Shown here in pieces: positions 47,401 to 56,183 of a stretch of 64,000 nucleotides of DNA. Under the pieces are notes generated by a model. That model saw only the letters and a program-made list of their open reading frames with translations. It did no database searches and was not told where the DNA came from. A program made the position numbers and the translations under genes. The stretch spans positions 1 through 64,000 of the IMG/VR virus record IMGVR_UViG_3300020188_000808. One strand, given 5' to 3'. Position 1 is the first letter of the stretch, and each line of letters opens with the position of its first letter.

Positions 47401-47680
47401 ACCCGTATTCGTTTAATTCACTACCGTGTAGTGCATTGTTGTTTGTGTCCGTATAGAAAGTTGGATCTCCAAACAAGTCTGTTAATTCTCTTTGTGAGGT
47501 AACCAAATATGGTTTGCCTGCATTTGCCGCTGTTGTACCTGCGGCTGTTCCTGTTCCAGCACCGTTCGTTTTGTCTTGTGCGGAAACAACAAAAATCATT
47601 GGTACTGTACCTGGCTCAGCTGGTGTATAGAAACTTTCGTCTATAACGCTGACCTGTACTCCTGGTGATACTAAAGCCAT
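44429..47680 (-). CDS. Tail sheath protein (gp18-like), enlarged
   Basis: LVSPGV, WFAPAGTRRG, INPV, DRINVARL, FEPND, CDESNN, EFIYI. Confidence 0.95.
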   Translation of the reverse strand: MALVSPGVQVSVIDESFYTPAEPGTVPMIFVVSAQDKTNGAGTGTAAGTTAANAGKPYLVTSQRELTDLFGDPTFYTDTNNNALHGSELNEYGLQAAYSYLGVANRAYVTRASLNTKELMASATAPAANPADGTYWFDTANSVFGIFEWNGASASVTGGQSFTNKIPTVITDTTKVTGGAPKTSVGAIGDYAIVATTTLNKLYYKKSDGTWVQVGTTAWISSWATVTGTVSNATITNGASMSINGTVVTSGGTALSDVVSAIGSAGIAGVTSAVVNNKLEIYSTGVDVVLATNASTLLAEIGLTAATFKAPKLSIAPHTSVPEYKSTDTSPRPTGSIWVKTTQPNLGANWKVKMWNGTTSLWETKSAPMYATPEAALFALDKAGGGKNLPVGAVYIKTNNDEATDPIGDFKIHRRQATGNTKIISDIITTQLVTGTYAFDIAETSPASAVLSAAVTVSVTTNGNADDADDVAGAINSAGLTNVVASVDASNRIVIEHNDGGDIHITDTNSGLALAGFVAYNGSNAATATPNLYTDAAGNAYDMVASNWKYLTYTASTLAPTALTTDGALWYNSIVDEVDLMIHNGTTWVGYQDSTAPFYNAVSGDKTDPAGPIVSATEPTKQSDGTDLKNGDIWISTADLENYPKIYKYNGTSLKFIALDTGDQTTEDGILFADARYGISGVKGDTAGTIAELLVSNFLDFDAPDPALYPKGMLLWNTRRSGFNVKKYVRNYIDTTGLNIRFNNDESMSAYATNRWVTESANQENGAGSFGRKAQRKVVVQALQAMVNSNADIRDDNSRIFNLMATPGYSELIGEMKTLNYDRGISAFVVGDLPFRLTPDATSLNEYATNVKGAVEDNDDGLVTYDEYLGVFYPSLFTSDNAGNNVVVPASHGILRTMALSDQVSFPWFAPAGTRRGGITNASSAGYITSEGEFQSVALNEGQRDTLYSNAINPVTFLSGAGLVNFGQKTRAKNASALDRINVARLVIYLRSQFNKLAKPYIFEPNDKITRDEIKAQADSLLLELVGQRALYDFLVVCDESNNTPTRIDRNELYLDIAIEPVKAVEFIYIPLRLKNTGEIAGL

Positions 47681-47790
47681 TTTATTTTCTCCTGTTGATA
47701 TAGCATGTTACTATTATTTATACCATTTTGCTAAAATAGGTGTATAATCAACCGAGAAAAAGGGACCAAAAAGGGCAGGTAAATACATAT

Positions 47791-48129
47791 ATGAGACCTT
47801 TATGTAAATGCGGCACTAAACCTGTAGCTATAAACTACTACAAAAACGGAAAACCCTTTTATAGAAGTAAATGCGAGTCATGTACTAGACACGGCAAGCC
47901 TATACACGGTGCTTCTAAATGGAAACAATCAGGGTATGAAAAGAAAACAGAATGTGACAAGTGTGGGTTTAAAAGCAAACACCCGGAGCAGTTTTCAGTG
48001 TACTACATTGACGGTGATCTTAATAATATAAGGTTTAGTAATCTAAAAACAATATGTGCTAATTGCACTAAAATTATTTACAAAGAAGGATTTAGATGGA
48101 AGCAAGGTGATCTGCGACCTGACTTCTAA
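47791..48129 (+). CDS. Degenerate HNH-like Zn-binding protein
   Basis: CDKCG...YYIDGD.NN...NL.TICANC; TAAATA-N5-ATG at 47791. Confidence 0.65.
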   Translation: MRPLCKCGTKPVAINYYKNGKPFYRSKCESCTRHGKPIHGASKWKQSGYEKKTECDKCGFKSKHPEQFSVYYIDGDLNNIRFSNLKTICANCTKIIYKEGFRWKQGDLRPDF

Positions 48130-48685
48130 GCTCAGCAATAGTACCGTTGTTTTCTAATGTTTGTGAAAATTTAGTATGAGCCCAAGCCCATTCGCTAGGA
48201 TGAATATCAGTAGGCTCTGTATCAAACTCAAGATACTCTGTAAACCATTTAGGATCTTCTCCACGTTTTACACGCCATACATGTCCGCCTACTTCATGTA
48301 GCATTTTTGCTTCATTAGGAAAACGTGTATCCGGTAATACCCAATTAATATCTGGATTGTCAGTAATTTTTTGTTTTACTAGAGATACCCAAATACCATC
48401 ATAGAATCCGTTACGCATACATTCTGTACCAAATTCTTGTAATACTAGTCTAGGAGTAATTGTACGTCCAGTTTCTTTTGACCAAAACTCGTCTACTTTC
48501 TCACGCCATTCTCTAGATTCGATTGTTTTACCATCAAGCATATCTCTGCTCCACCCAAACATAACGCCTACGCTATCTTTAAGTTTATCTGCAAATGATA
48601 TTTTTTGGAAATTATGCTCACTAATTAAATAGTCAGCAATAGTATCTTTACCACTACCAATTAAACCACATACACCAATAATCAC
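48092..48685 (-). CDS. Deoxynucleoside monophosphate kinase (gp1-like)
   Basis: GLIGSGKDT, SFADKLKD, RLVLQEFGTE, DTRFPNE. Confidence 0.92.
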   Translation of the reverse strand: MIIGVCGLIGSGKDTIADYLISEHNFQKISFADKLKDSVGVMFGWSRDMLDGKTIESREWREKVDEFWSKETGRTITPRLVLQEFGTECMRNGFYDGIWVSLVKQKITDNPDINWVLPDTRFPNEAKMLHEVGGHVWRVKRGEDPKWFTEYLEFDTEPTDIHPSEWAWAHTKFSQTLENNGTIAELRSQVADHLASI

Positions 48686-48747
48686 AGGTTAACTCCTTAT
48701 AAATTAAAACTATTATACAATAGATTTATCAGGAAGTCAAGTGTTTA

Positions 48748-49503
48748 TTAGCCGATTGTGAATCCGTAGCCTACGCCGCCTGCTACTTGCATTCTTAGTT
48801 CTTCTTCTAGCTTTTCCATTTCAGCTTGTGCTTCGGCTTTTAGTGCATCGCCATTTAGAGTTGAACCTCCTTGTGGACCTGCAATAGTAGCAAACTTTGA
48901 ACGTGCTTCGCCTAGCATATACTTACAACTTGCAAGGGTATAATCTTTAATCCATTGCTTTGCAAGATAGTCATTAAGTAATTCACTATCTGGTCTGTGA
49001 TTGTAAACATATAGCAGTAATGTTTCTTCTGCTCTTGGGCGTTGTAGTAGTGTTAATTTTTTAGTTGTAGTATTCCAATTAAATTCAATAAAGCTACCAA
49101 ACATTCGTCCTACTAATTCTTGGTATTGACTGAACATATCGTATGTTGCTAGTCCGCCCATGTTTGAACTTGATAACAAATAAGTGTTTGTGTATGCCAT
49201 GTTAAATGGTTCAAATAATGTGCCACCATCTCCGCCACCTGAACGTGAACCAATTGAACGTCTAAATAATTTTCTCACCTCAACTACTTCTTGCGGTAGT
49301 GTATATTCATTTTGATCAAGTATAGTAGGCATAAAAAGATATGACTCTTCTACTGAGTTATCACTACGCTGTCTAAATTTGCCAAAGGCTTTTTCTAGTG
49401 CAGTTTCATAATGAATAGGGTCAAGTTCAACATCGATCATACCACCGCCTAACATAGCGTTTACGTAATCGAATACCTCTTGTTTTTGTGTGCTTAATGC
49501 CAT
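48748..49503 (-). CDS. Neck protein (gp13-like)
   Basis: LGGGMIDVEL, WIKDY, SKF..IAGPQG..LNG. Confidence 0.8.
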   Translation of the reverse strand: MALSTQKQEVFDYVNAMLGGGMIDVELDPIHYETALEKAFGKFRQRSDNSVEESYLFMPTILDQNEYTLPQEVVEVRKLFRRSIGSRSGGGDGGTLFEPFNMAYTNTYLLSSSNMGGLATYDMFSQYQELVGRMFGSFIEFNWNTTTKKLTLLQRPRAEETLLLYVYNHRPDSELLNDYLAKQWIKDYTLASCKYMLGEARSKFATIAGPQGGSTLNGDALKAEAQAEMEKLEEELRMQVAGGVGYGFTIG

Positions 49504-49549
49504 TTCTTGTTCTCCACTAGTATTTATGCTAACGATAAATACTTATACT

Positions 49550-50707
49550 ATGCCAAGACTCAGTTTATACAAACCCGAAAAGGGCAACGATTACGATTTC
49601 TTAGACAAAACAATCACCGAAATGTTTACAGTTGGTGGTACAGATGTCTTTGTACACAAGTATCTAGGCCCTTCAAATCCAGACGAAGCAGACGCTACGC
49701 CTGCACAACCTCGCTATGATGCTGTTAAAGAAACTAACATACAGGATATGTTATTCTTAGAAAATAGAGATCGCAAATACGATCCAGACATTTATACAAT
49801 ACGTGGCATTTACAATATTCAAGATATTGATTTTGATATGAGTCAATTTGGTCTATTTTTACAAAACGATACATTGTTTATGACAATTCCAATCAACTAT
49901 AGTGTTAGAACACTAGGGCGTAAAATTATGCCAGGAGATGTTATTGAACTTCCGCATTTAAAAGACGAATATGCACTTAATGATTATACTGTAGCACTAA
50001 AACGTTTCTATGTTGTAGAAGACGTAAACAGAGCCGCTGAAGGATTTACACAAACTTGGTATCCACATTTATACAGAATTAAATTAAAACAAATTGTTGA
50101 TTCACAAGAGTTTAAAGAAATACTTGATTTACCTTCAGAAGAAGGAAGTACAAACACACTACGTGATGTTCTTAGTACATACGAAAAAGAGATGCAAATT
50201 AATAATGCAGTAGTTGCACAAGCAGAAGCTGATGCACCTAAGTCAGGATACGATACTACAAACTTATACACGTTAGCTGTAAACAAAGACGGCAAGCCTG
50301 ATCTAGTTACAGTTGATATGAATGATTTGGATTCTAGTTCACAAGAATTATTAGCTGACAGAATTAATCAAACTCCAGAACGTACAGGATATCAAGGTTA
50401 CTTACTTGGCGATGGTATTCCACCTAACGGAGAAGCGTTTGGACATGGGGCAAGTTTCCCTACAAATTCAATTGAAGGAGATTATTTCCTAAGGACAGAT
50501 TTTATGCCTAATAGATTATTTAGACAAGACGGAAGTCGATGGGTCAAACAAGAAGATAATGTACGTATGACATTGACAAATACAGATTCACGTGCTACAC
50601 AAAAAGGTACTTTTGTTAACAATACTACTAGTAATATTATTGGTGGCGAAACTGTAACAGAAAGACAACCATTGAGTAAAGCACTCAAACCAAAGGCAGA
50701 TAATTAA
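49550..50707 (+). CDS. Putative neck protein (gp14-like) with extension
   Basis: LFLENRDRKY, SQFGL, PGDVIELP; between gp13-like and gp15-like genes. Confidence 0.6.
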   Translation: MPRLSLYKPEKGNDYDFLDKTITEMFTVGGTDVFVHKYLGPSNPDEADATPAQPRYDAVKETNIQDMLFLENRDRKYDPDIYTIRGIYNIQDIDFDMSQFGLFLQNDTLFMTIPINYSVRTLGRKIMPGDVIELPHLKDEYALNDYTVALKRFYVVEDVNRAAEGFTQTWYPHLYRIKLKQIVDSQEFKEILDLPSEEGSTNTLRDVLSTYEKEMQINNAVVAQAEADAPKSGYDTTNLYTLAVNKDGKPDLVTVDMNDLDSSSQELLADRINQTPERTGYQGYLLGDGIPPNGEAFGHGASFPTNSIEGDYFLRTDFMPNRLFRQDGSRWVKQEDNVRMTLTNTDSRATQKGTFVNNTTSNIIGGETVTERQPLSKALKPKADN

Positions 50708-52125
50708 TGCAACACTTCTATGATGGACAAATAAGAAGATACATTACTCAAATGGTAAGACTACTGAGTAATTTTTCTTATGCTGATAGCAAAGGTAACT
50801 TAACACAAATTCCAGTCATGTATGGAGACATTACAAGACAAGTTGGTGCTATTATAAAAGACAATAGTGAAAATAAAATACCAAGTGCGCCACGCATTGG
50901 GGTGTATGTTACTGGCATGGAAATGGATCGTACAAGAACTGCTGACGCAACCTATACAGGTAAGGTGCATCTTAGAGAACGTACTTATGATGAAAACAGT
51001 AACGAGTATTTAAATACTCAAGGTTCAAACTATACTGTTGAACGATTAATGCCAACACCTTATATGTTGAATATTAATTGCGATATTTGGTCAACTAACA
51101 CAGAACAAAAATTACAGATTTTAGAACAGATATTAATGTTGTTTAATCCAAGTTTAGAAATACAAACTACAGACAACTATGTAGATTGGACTTCGTTATC
51201 AGTTGTTAATTTAGAAAATATTAATTTTAGTTCAAGAAGTATTCCTATGGGAGTTGACACTGAAATTGATGTTGCTACACTAGGATTTCAAACACCTATT
51301 TTTATTAGTCCTCCTGCTAAGGTTAAGAAGTTAGGAGTTATTACAAATGTTATAATGAGTATCTTTGATGAAACTAAAGGAACTATTGACTTAGGACAGT
51401 CAATGCCAGAACTTAATGCATACGATGATAGCTGGGGCAACTCTATTAAAAACAAAGATGCAGATGGTAGAATACATCTTCAAGTTACAACAGCGTCAGG
51501 CTATGATGCTATTGTTACTAACACTATTGTTCAACTTGGTAAAAATGGAATTAGTGGAGAAATTAATTGGAGAGAAGTACTTGAATCTGAACCTGGTGAG
51601 TATGCCGCAGGATTAAGTAAAATATATTTAAATAGAATTGACTTGGCCGCACCGGTTGTAGGTACATTTGCACTTAACAACTTAGACGAAACACAAATTA
51701 TTGTTAATTGGGACGAAGATACTATTCCAACTAATACAGTATTAGGATTACCAAATAGTCCACAAAAAGGAACTATTGATGCAATTATTGATCCGACTAG
51801 AGTTAACCCAGTTAACTTAAAAGTAGCTGGCACTAGAATACTTTTATTAGGTGATATTGGTGCTACAGCAAACACAGATGGTGCCGATGCTTGGAAAGAC
51901 TCTAGTGGTAATGACACACTAGTTGCTAGTGAAAACGACATTATCGAATGGAGTGGAACACAATGGCAAATAGTATTTGACTCAAGCACAAAAAATAACC
52001 CAGCAACTGATGTTACATACACAACCAATTTAACTTCAGGTATCCAATACAAATGGGATGGTACAGAATGGACACTATCCTTTGAAGGCGAATATCGAAA
52101 AGGAAGCTGGCGCTTAGTACTCTAA
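50707..52125 (+). CDS. Tail sheath stabilizer/terminator (gp15-like) with C-terminal extension
   Basis: HFYDGQIRRY, PVMYG, PTPY, QILEQIL..FNP. Confidence 0.75.
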   Translation: MQHFYDGQIRRYITQMVRLLSNFSYADSKGNLTQIPVMYGDITRQVGAIIKDNSENKIPSAPRIGVYVTGMEMDRTRTADATYTGKVHLRERTYDENSNEYLNTQGSNYTVERLMPTPYMLNINCDIWSTNTEQKLQILEQILMLFNPSLEIQTTDNYVDWTSLSVVNLENINFSSRSIPMGVDTEIDVATLGFQTPIFISPPAKVKKLGVITNVIMSIFDETKGTIDLGQSMPELNAYDDSWGNSIKNKDADGRIHLQVTTASGYDAIVTNTIVQLGKNGISGEINWREVLESEPGEYAAGLSKIYLNRIDLAAPVVGTFALNNLDETQIIVNWDEDTIPTNTVLGLPNSPQKGTIDAIIDPTRVNPVNLKVAGTRILLLGDIGATANTDGADAWKDSSGNDTLVASENDIIEWSGTQWQIVFDSSTKNNPATDVTYTTNLTSGIQYKWDGTEWTLSFEGEYRKGSWRLVL

Positions 52126-52137
52126 ATAAGTACTTGT

Positions 52138-52584
52138 ATGGAACAAATTATTTGTAGTGGTGCATTATTCTATTCGTTGACAACACAACGTTTCTTATTC
52201 TTACATCGCACACAATCAAAACAAAACAATGTTTGGGGTCTTGTTGGCGGAACCAACGAAGATAAAGAAATCCCTTATAAAGCTCTACTACGTGAAGTTG
52301 AAGAAGAACTTGGTAGTGTTCCAAAAATTATCAAATCAATACCGTTAGAAACGTTTGTAAGTAACGATGATAAATTTCAATTTCATACTTACTTGTGTGT
52401 TGTAAAGGATGAATTTCTCCCTGTTCTAAATGATGAACATAATGGATATGCATGGGTTAGTTTTCAAAATTGGCCAAAGCCGTTGCATATGGGATTGCGT
52501 AACACACTCCAAAATAAACAAAACTTAACAAAACTTCAAACAGTATTTCAACTAGTATCATTATTACAAGAATCGGAAAGTTAA
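52138..52584 (+). CDS. NUDIX hydrolase
   Basis: GGTNEDKE...ALLREVEEELG Nudix box. Confidence 0.88.
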   Translation: MEQIICSGALFYSLTTQRFLFLHRTQSKQNNVWGLVGGTNEDKEIPYKALLREVEEELGSVPKIIKSIPLETFVSNDDKFQFHTYLCVVKDEFLPVLNDEHNGYAWVSFQNWPKPLHMGLRNTLQNKQNLTKLQTVFQLVSLLQESES

Positions 52585-53841
52585 ATGATTAAAGTTTACG
52601 GCGACATAATGTTAGACCGATGGATTTTGGGTAATACAAATAGAATAAGTCCAGAAGCACCTGTACCTGTTTTACTTGAAGAAGCCCAACAATATAGCAT
52701 TGGTGGGGCAGGAAATTTGGCTCTTAATATTAAATCTATCAATGGAGACGTTGCATTATATGGTAGTATCGGTCAAGACGATGACGGATATAAACTACTT
52801 GAAATGATTGGTAACACAAAAATTGAAGCAAACATTGCATCTGATCATGCTGTCACAACAACTAAAACTAGACTAGTTGGACAAGGTGGGCAACACATTA
52901 TGCGTTGGGACCGTGAAGAAACATATATAGGTACAAGTAGTTTACATAGACTACTTGATTCACTAACTGCTGACGATATTGTTTGTGTAAGTGATTATGC
53001 AAAAGGTACAGTACGTGAGCAAACAGTAGAAAAACTATTAAAACGTAAATGCAAAGTTTTAGTAGATCCTAAACAACATCCTAGTTATTACACAAATGCG
53101 TACCTGGTTAAACCAAACATGAAAGAATATGTAGAATGGTTTGGCGAATTTGATATTAGAGATGCTCAACAAAATTTGCAAACATATGGTTGGGAATGGC
53201 TTGTTGTAACTGATGGTGCTAACGGTATGCATATAATTAATGCACAAGAAAGTTGGCATTGTAAAGAAGAAGTGAGAGAAGTTGCTGACGTAACAGGTGC
53301 TGGTGATACTGTACTTGCTATCATTGCATATGGTATTGAACAAGGAAGAGATGTAGTTGAATCATGTAAATTAGCATGTTATGGGGCGGCACGTATTGTT
53401 GAAAAACGTGGTGTTGCTGTTGTAACCAAAAACGATTTATCAACTGGAATTGTATGGACTAACGGAGTGTTTGATATACTACATATAGGCCATTTAAAGC
53501 TACTAAGACACGCACACACGCTTGGAAAGCGCCTCGTGGTGGGCATTAATAGCGATGCAAGTGTAAAGCGTTTAAAAGGCGAAACTAGACCCATTAACGA
53601 TGAACAAACCCGTAAAGCCGCTTTGTTAGAATTAGGGTTTATTGATGAGGTAATTATATTTGATGAAGATACTCCATTAGAAACTTTACAAAATGTCTTG
53701 CCCAATATAATTGTTAAAGGCGGAGATTATACAGTTGACACAGTAGTAGGAAACCATTTAGCTGATGTAGTTATATTTCCAACTATTGCCGGTGCGAGTA
53801 CAACTAAACTTATAGACAAAATGAACGAGGTTGCAGAATGA
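52585..53841 (+). CDS. hldE: Bifunctional heptose-7-phosphate kinase / heptose-1-phosphate adenylyltransferase
   Basis: RISPEAPVPV, SDYAKG, DVTGAGDT; NGVFDILHIGH, KGGDY, STT. Confidence 0.92.
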   Translation: MIKVYGDIMLDRWILGNTNRISPEAPVPVLLEEAQQYSIGGAGNLALNIKSINGDVALYGSIGQDDDGYKLLEMIGNTKIEANIASDHAVTTTKTRLVGQGGQHIMRWDREETYIGTSSLHRLLDSLTADDIVCVSDYAKGTVREQTVEKLLKRKCKVLVDPKQHPSYYTNAYLVKPNMKEYVEWFGEFDIRDAQQNLQTYGWEWLVVTDGANGMHIINAQESWHCKEEVREVADVTGAGDTVLAIIAYGIEQGRDVVESCKLACYGAARIVEKRGVAVVTKNDLSTGIVWTNGVFDILHIGHLKLLRHAHTLGKRLVVGINSDASVKRLKGETRPINDEQTRKAALLELGFIDEVIIFDEDTPLETLQNVLPNIIVKGGDYTVDTVVGNHLADVVIFPTIAGASTTKLIDKMNEVAE

Positions 53842-54656
53842 ATATTTTAATTACAGGACATGAAGGTTTTATTGGTAAACATCTTGGATCGTACTTACAA
53901 CATAAAGGACACAATGTTGAAGGGTTTGAATGGAAGCCTAATGTTATTCCTGATCCTGAACCATATGATAGGGTAATCCATTTAGGTGCTATTAGTAGCA
54001 CTACTGAACGAGACATTGAAAAAATTATGGAACAAAACTATGAGTTTTCAATGCGTTTGTTACAACTATGTGATCAAAAAGGAACATCAATGATGTATGC
54101 TAGTACTGCTGGTGTATATGGTGATACGTTTGTAGAAAATTCTAAACTACAACCACAGAGTGCATATGCATGGAGCAAATATTTGTTTGATAGATTTGTA
54201 ATGCAAGTTCCAGAGTTTATGATTAATGTACAAGGTTTTAGATTCTTTAATGTATATGGACCAGGTGAAGAACACAAAGGTGACCAACAAAGTGTATTTG
54301 GCAAGTTTGAAAAACAAGCCAAAGAAACAGGAGTTATCAAAGTGTTTGAAGGCAGTGATAAAATTGAAAGAGATTTTATTCATGTTGGCGATGTATGTGA
54401 AATTATCGAAAAGTTTATTGATGTTGACAATACAGATATATGGAATGTTGGTACAGGTACACCTCGTTCATTTATGGATATTGCTGAACTGTATGCCAAA
54501 AAGTATAATGCTAAAATTGAAGAAATTCCTATGCCAGAAGAGCTTAAAGGACAATACCAGTATTACACCTGTTCAGACAATAACAAGTTAATTAATAGTA
54601 TAGGTGTTCATAATTTTAGAACAATTGAGGAGTATGTAAATGCCAGCAAGACATAG
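53838..54656 (+). CDS. hldD: ADP-L-glycero-D-manno-heptose 6-epimerase
   Basis: GHEGFIG, HLGAISST, YAWSK, FNVYGPGEEHKG, YQYYT. Confidence 0.88.
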   Translation: MNILITGHEGFIGKHLGSYLQHKGHNVEGFEWKPNVIPDPEPYDRVIHLGAISSTTERDIEKIMEQNYEFSMRLLQLCDQKGTSMMYASTAGVYGDTFVENSKLQPQSAYAWSKYLFDRFVMQVPEFMINVQGFRFFNVYGPGEEHKGDQQSVFGKFEKQAKETGVIKVFEGSDKIERDFIHVGDVCEIIEKFIDVDNTDIWNVGTGTPRSFMDIAELYAKKYNAKIEEIPMPEELKGQYQYYTCSDNNKLINSIGVHNFRTIEEYVNASKT

Positions 54657-55053
54657 TGGTAAAGTAGATAAAGGTTGGGGATATGAATTAATTTGGGCAA
54701 CCAATGATTTATATTGTGGAAAAATTATGGTTTTTGAAAAGGTTGGTGCAAAGTTTAGTATGCACTTTCATAAAGAAAAAGATGAATCATGGTTTGTAAA
54801 TGCTGGATCATTTAAATTGCGTTATATTGATACGCAAACAGCTACAGTTATGGAAAAGATTTTAGGTCCAGGAGACACATGGAGAAATCCACCATTGATG
54901 CCGCACCAATTAGAAGCACTTGAAGCGGGTAGTAGTATTACTGAAGTAAGTACACCCGATTCTATTGAAGATAATTTTAGAATTATTCCAGGTGATAGTC
55001 AAGGTGTTATAGTACAACCAGAGGCTACTTCAGATGCAAATCCACAAGGCTAA
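54640..55053 (+). CDS. Cupin (sugar isomerase-like)
   Basis: KGWGYE, SMHFH..KDESW, PHQL, EVST. Confidence 0.8.
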   Translation: MPARHSGKVDKGWGYELIWATNDLYCGKIMVFEKVGAKFSMHFHKEKDESWFVNAGSFKLRYIDTQTATVMEKILGPGDTWRNPPLMPHQLEALEAGSSITEVSTPDSIEDNFRIIPGDSQGVIVQPEATSDANPQG

Positions 55054-55621
55054 TTTAGATTTAAATTTATCTCAGTTAAAACATAATTGCAGTTTTGTTT
55101 ATCAACAAATTATAAACGAAATTGCAATACCTAACCTAAGTCTTGAAACACAACATACTTCAATACCTACCGCAGTAAGTCAGTATTATAATTTATTTAC
55201 AAGTATTATGCCTGGGATGTTTGAACTACAACGTTCAATAAGAGAAGAATTTAAAAACATCGAGCATGACACTAGTTTAGAATATTGGATCGTTGGTTGG
55301 TTAAACTATTGGCCTAATAAAGGTCGTACACTAGAATGGCACGGTCATGAATACGGAGATAATGATAATTGTTTCCACGGATACTTAGGTGTACACAGTG
55401 AGCCTTCACAAACATTATATCGCAATATAGGCGAAGAAGAAATTACTAGCGTTGAAAACAAAAATGGTCAATTAGTTATTACTAATAGCAAAGGCGTTGA
55501 ACATATGACTAGTGATTGGGAACAAGATGATCCTCGTATTACTATTGCATTTAATATACAACCTAGAGAAACTGTGTTACAAGAAATAGGTAATAAACTT
55601 AATTACTATGTCAGTCTTTAG
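55034..55621 (+). CDS. 2OG-Fe(II) oxygenase-like protein
   Basis: WHGH, VEH, RITIAFN. Confidence 0.6.
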   Translation: MQIHKANLDLNLSQLKHNCSFVYQQIINEIAIPNLSLETQHTSIPTAVSQYYNLFTSIMPGMFELQRSIREEFKNIEHDTSLEYWIVGWLNYWPNKGRTLEWHGHEYGDNDNCFHGYLGVHSEPSQTLYRNIGEEEITSVENKNGQLVITNSKGVEHMTSDWEQDDPRITIAFNIQPRETVLQEIGNKLNYYVSL

Positions 55622-56183
55622 AGAATTATTTTCTATTCCTATATTGGAACATAGTGTTCCAGAACGCATTGCAAATGAAGTTGAACAGTTTGTAGTGCCA
55701 AGACTGTCTTTAATTCCAAGACCTGATAACAATGCTCCCCACGCTACTGATTACTTTGAAGATAAAAAAGTAGTACATCTAATCAACGATGTGCCTGAAT
55801 TATTTGGTGAGATACAAGATTGTGTTAATAGATTTCAACAACAATCTAGTATTAAACATTTACATGACGTTAATCAATACACTTGGTGGACACAAGACTA
55901 TCACGAAGGCGATATACATACTGAACACGAACATGGTATGAATAAGATATCAGGAGTGTATTGGGTAAGAGCTAATGAAAACGCTGGTGGGTTATGTTTT
56001 AGAAATCCTAATCCATATGTTGAATATGCACATAACGAAAACTCACAGTACGGCCGCCGACAATTCGAATTCCAACCTATAAAGGGCAAGTTATTACTTT
56101 TCCCTTCTTACTTAAAACATGCAGTAATGCCTAGTAGTAAAAACGTTGTTCGAACTACTATAGCATTTAACGTAGTACGTTAA
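55608..56183 (+). CDS. 2OG-Fe(II) oxygenase-like protein
   Basis: HEH, SGVYW, FPSYLKHAV, RTTIAFN. Confidence 0.8.
   Translation: MSVFRELFSIPILEHSVPERIANEVEQFVVPRLSLIPRPDNNAPHATDYFEDKKVVHLINDVPELFGEIQDCVNRFQQQSSIKHLHDVNQYTWWTQDYHEGDIHTEHEHGMNKISGVYWVRANENAGGLCFRNPNPYVEYAHNENSQYGRRQFEFQPIKGKLLLFPSYLKHAVMPSSKNVVRTTIAFNVVR

Noticed and set aside
14086-54656. Bacterial chromosome or prophage interpretation based on clpP, a recA-like gene and hldE/hldD
   Set aside because: These genes are embedded among T4-like core genes with phage promoters; no integrase or host flank in the window
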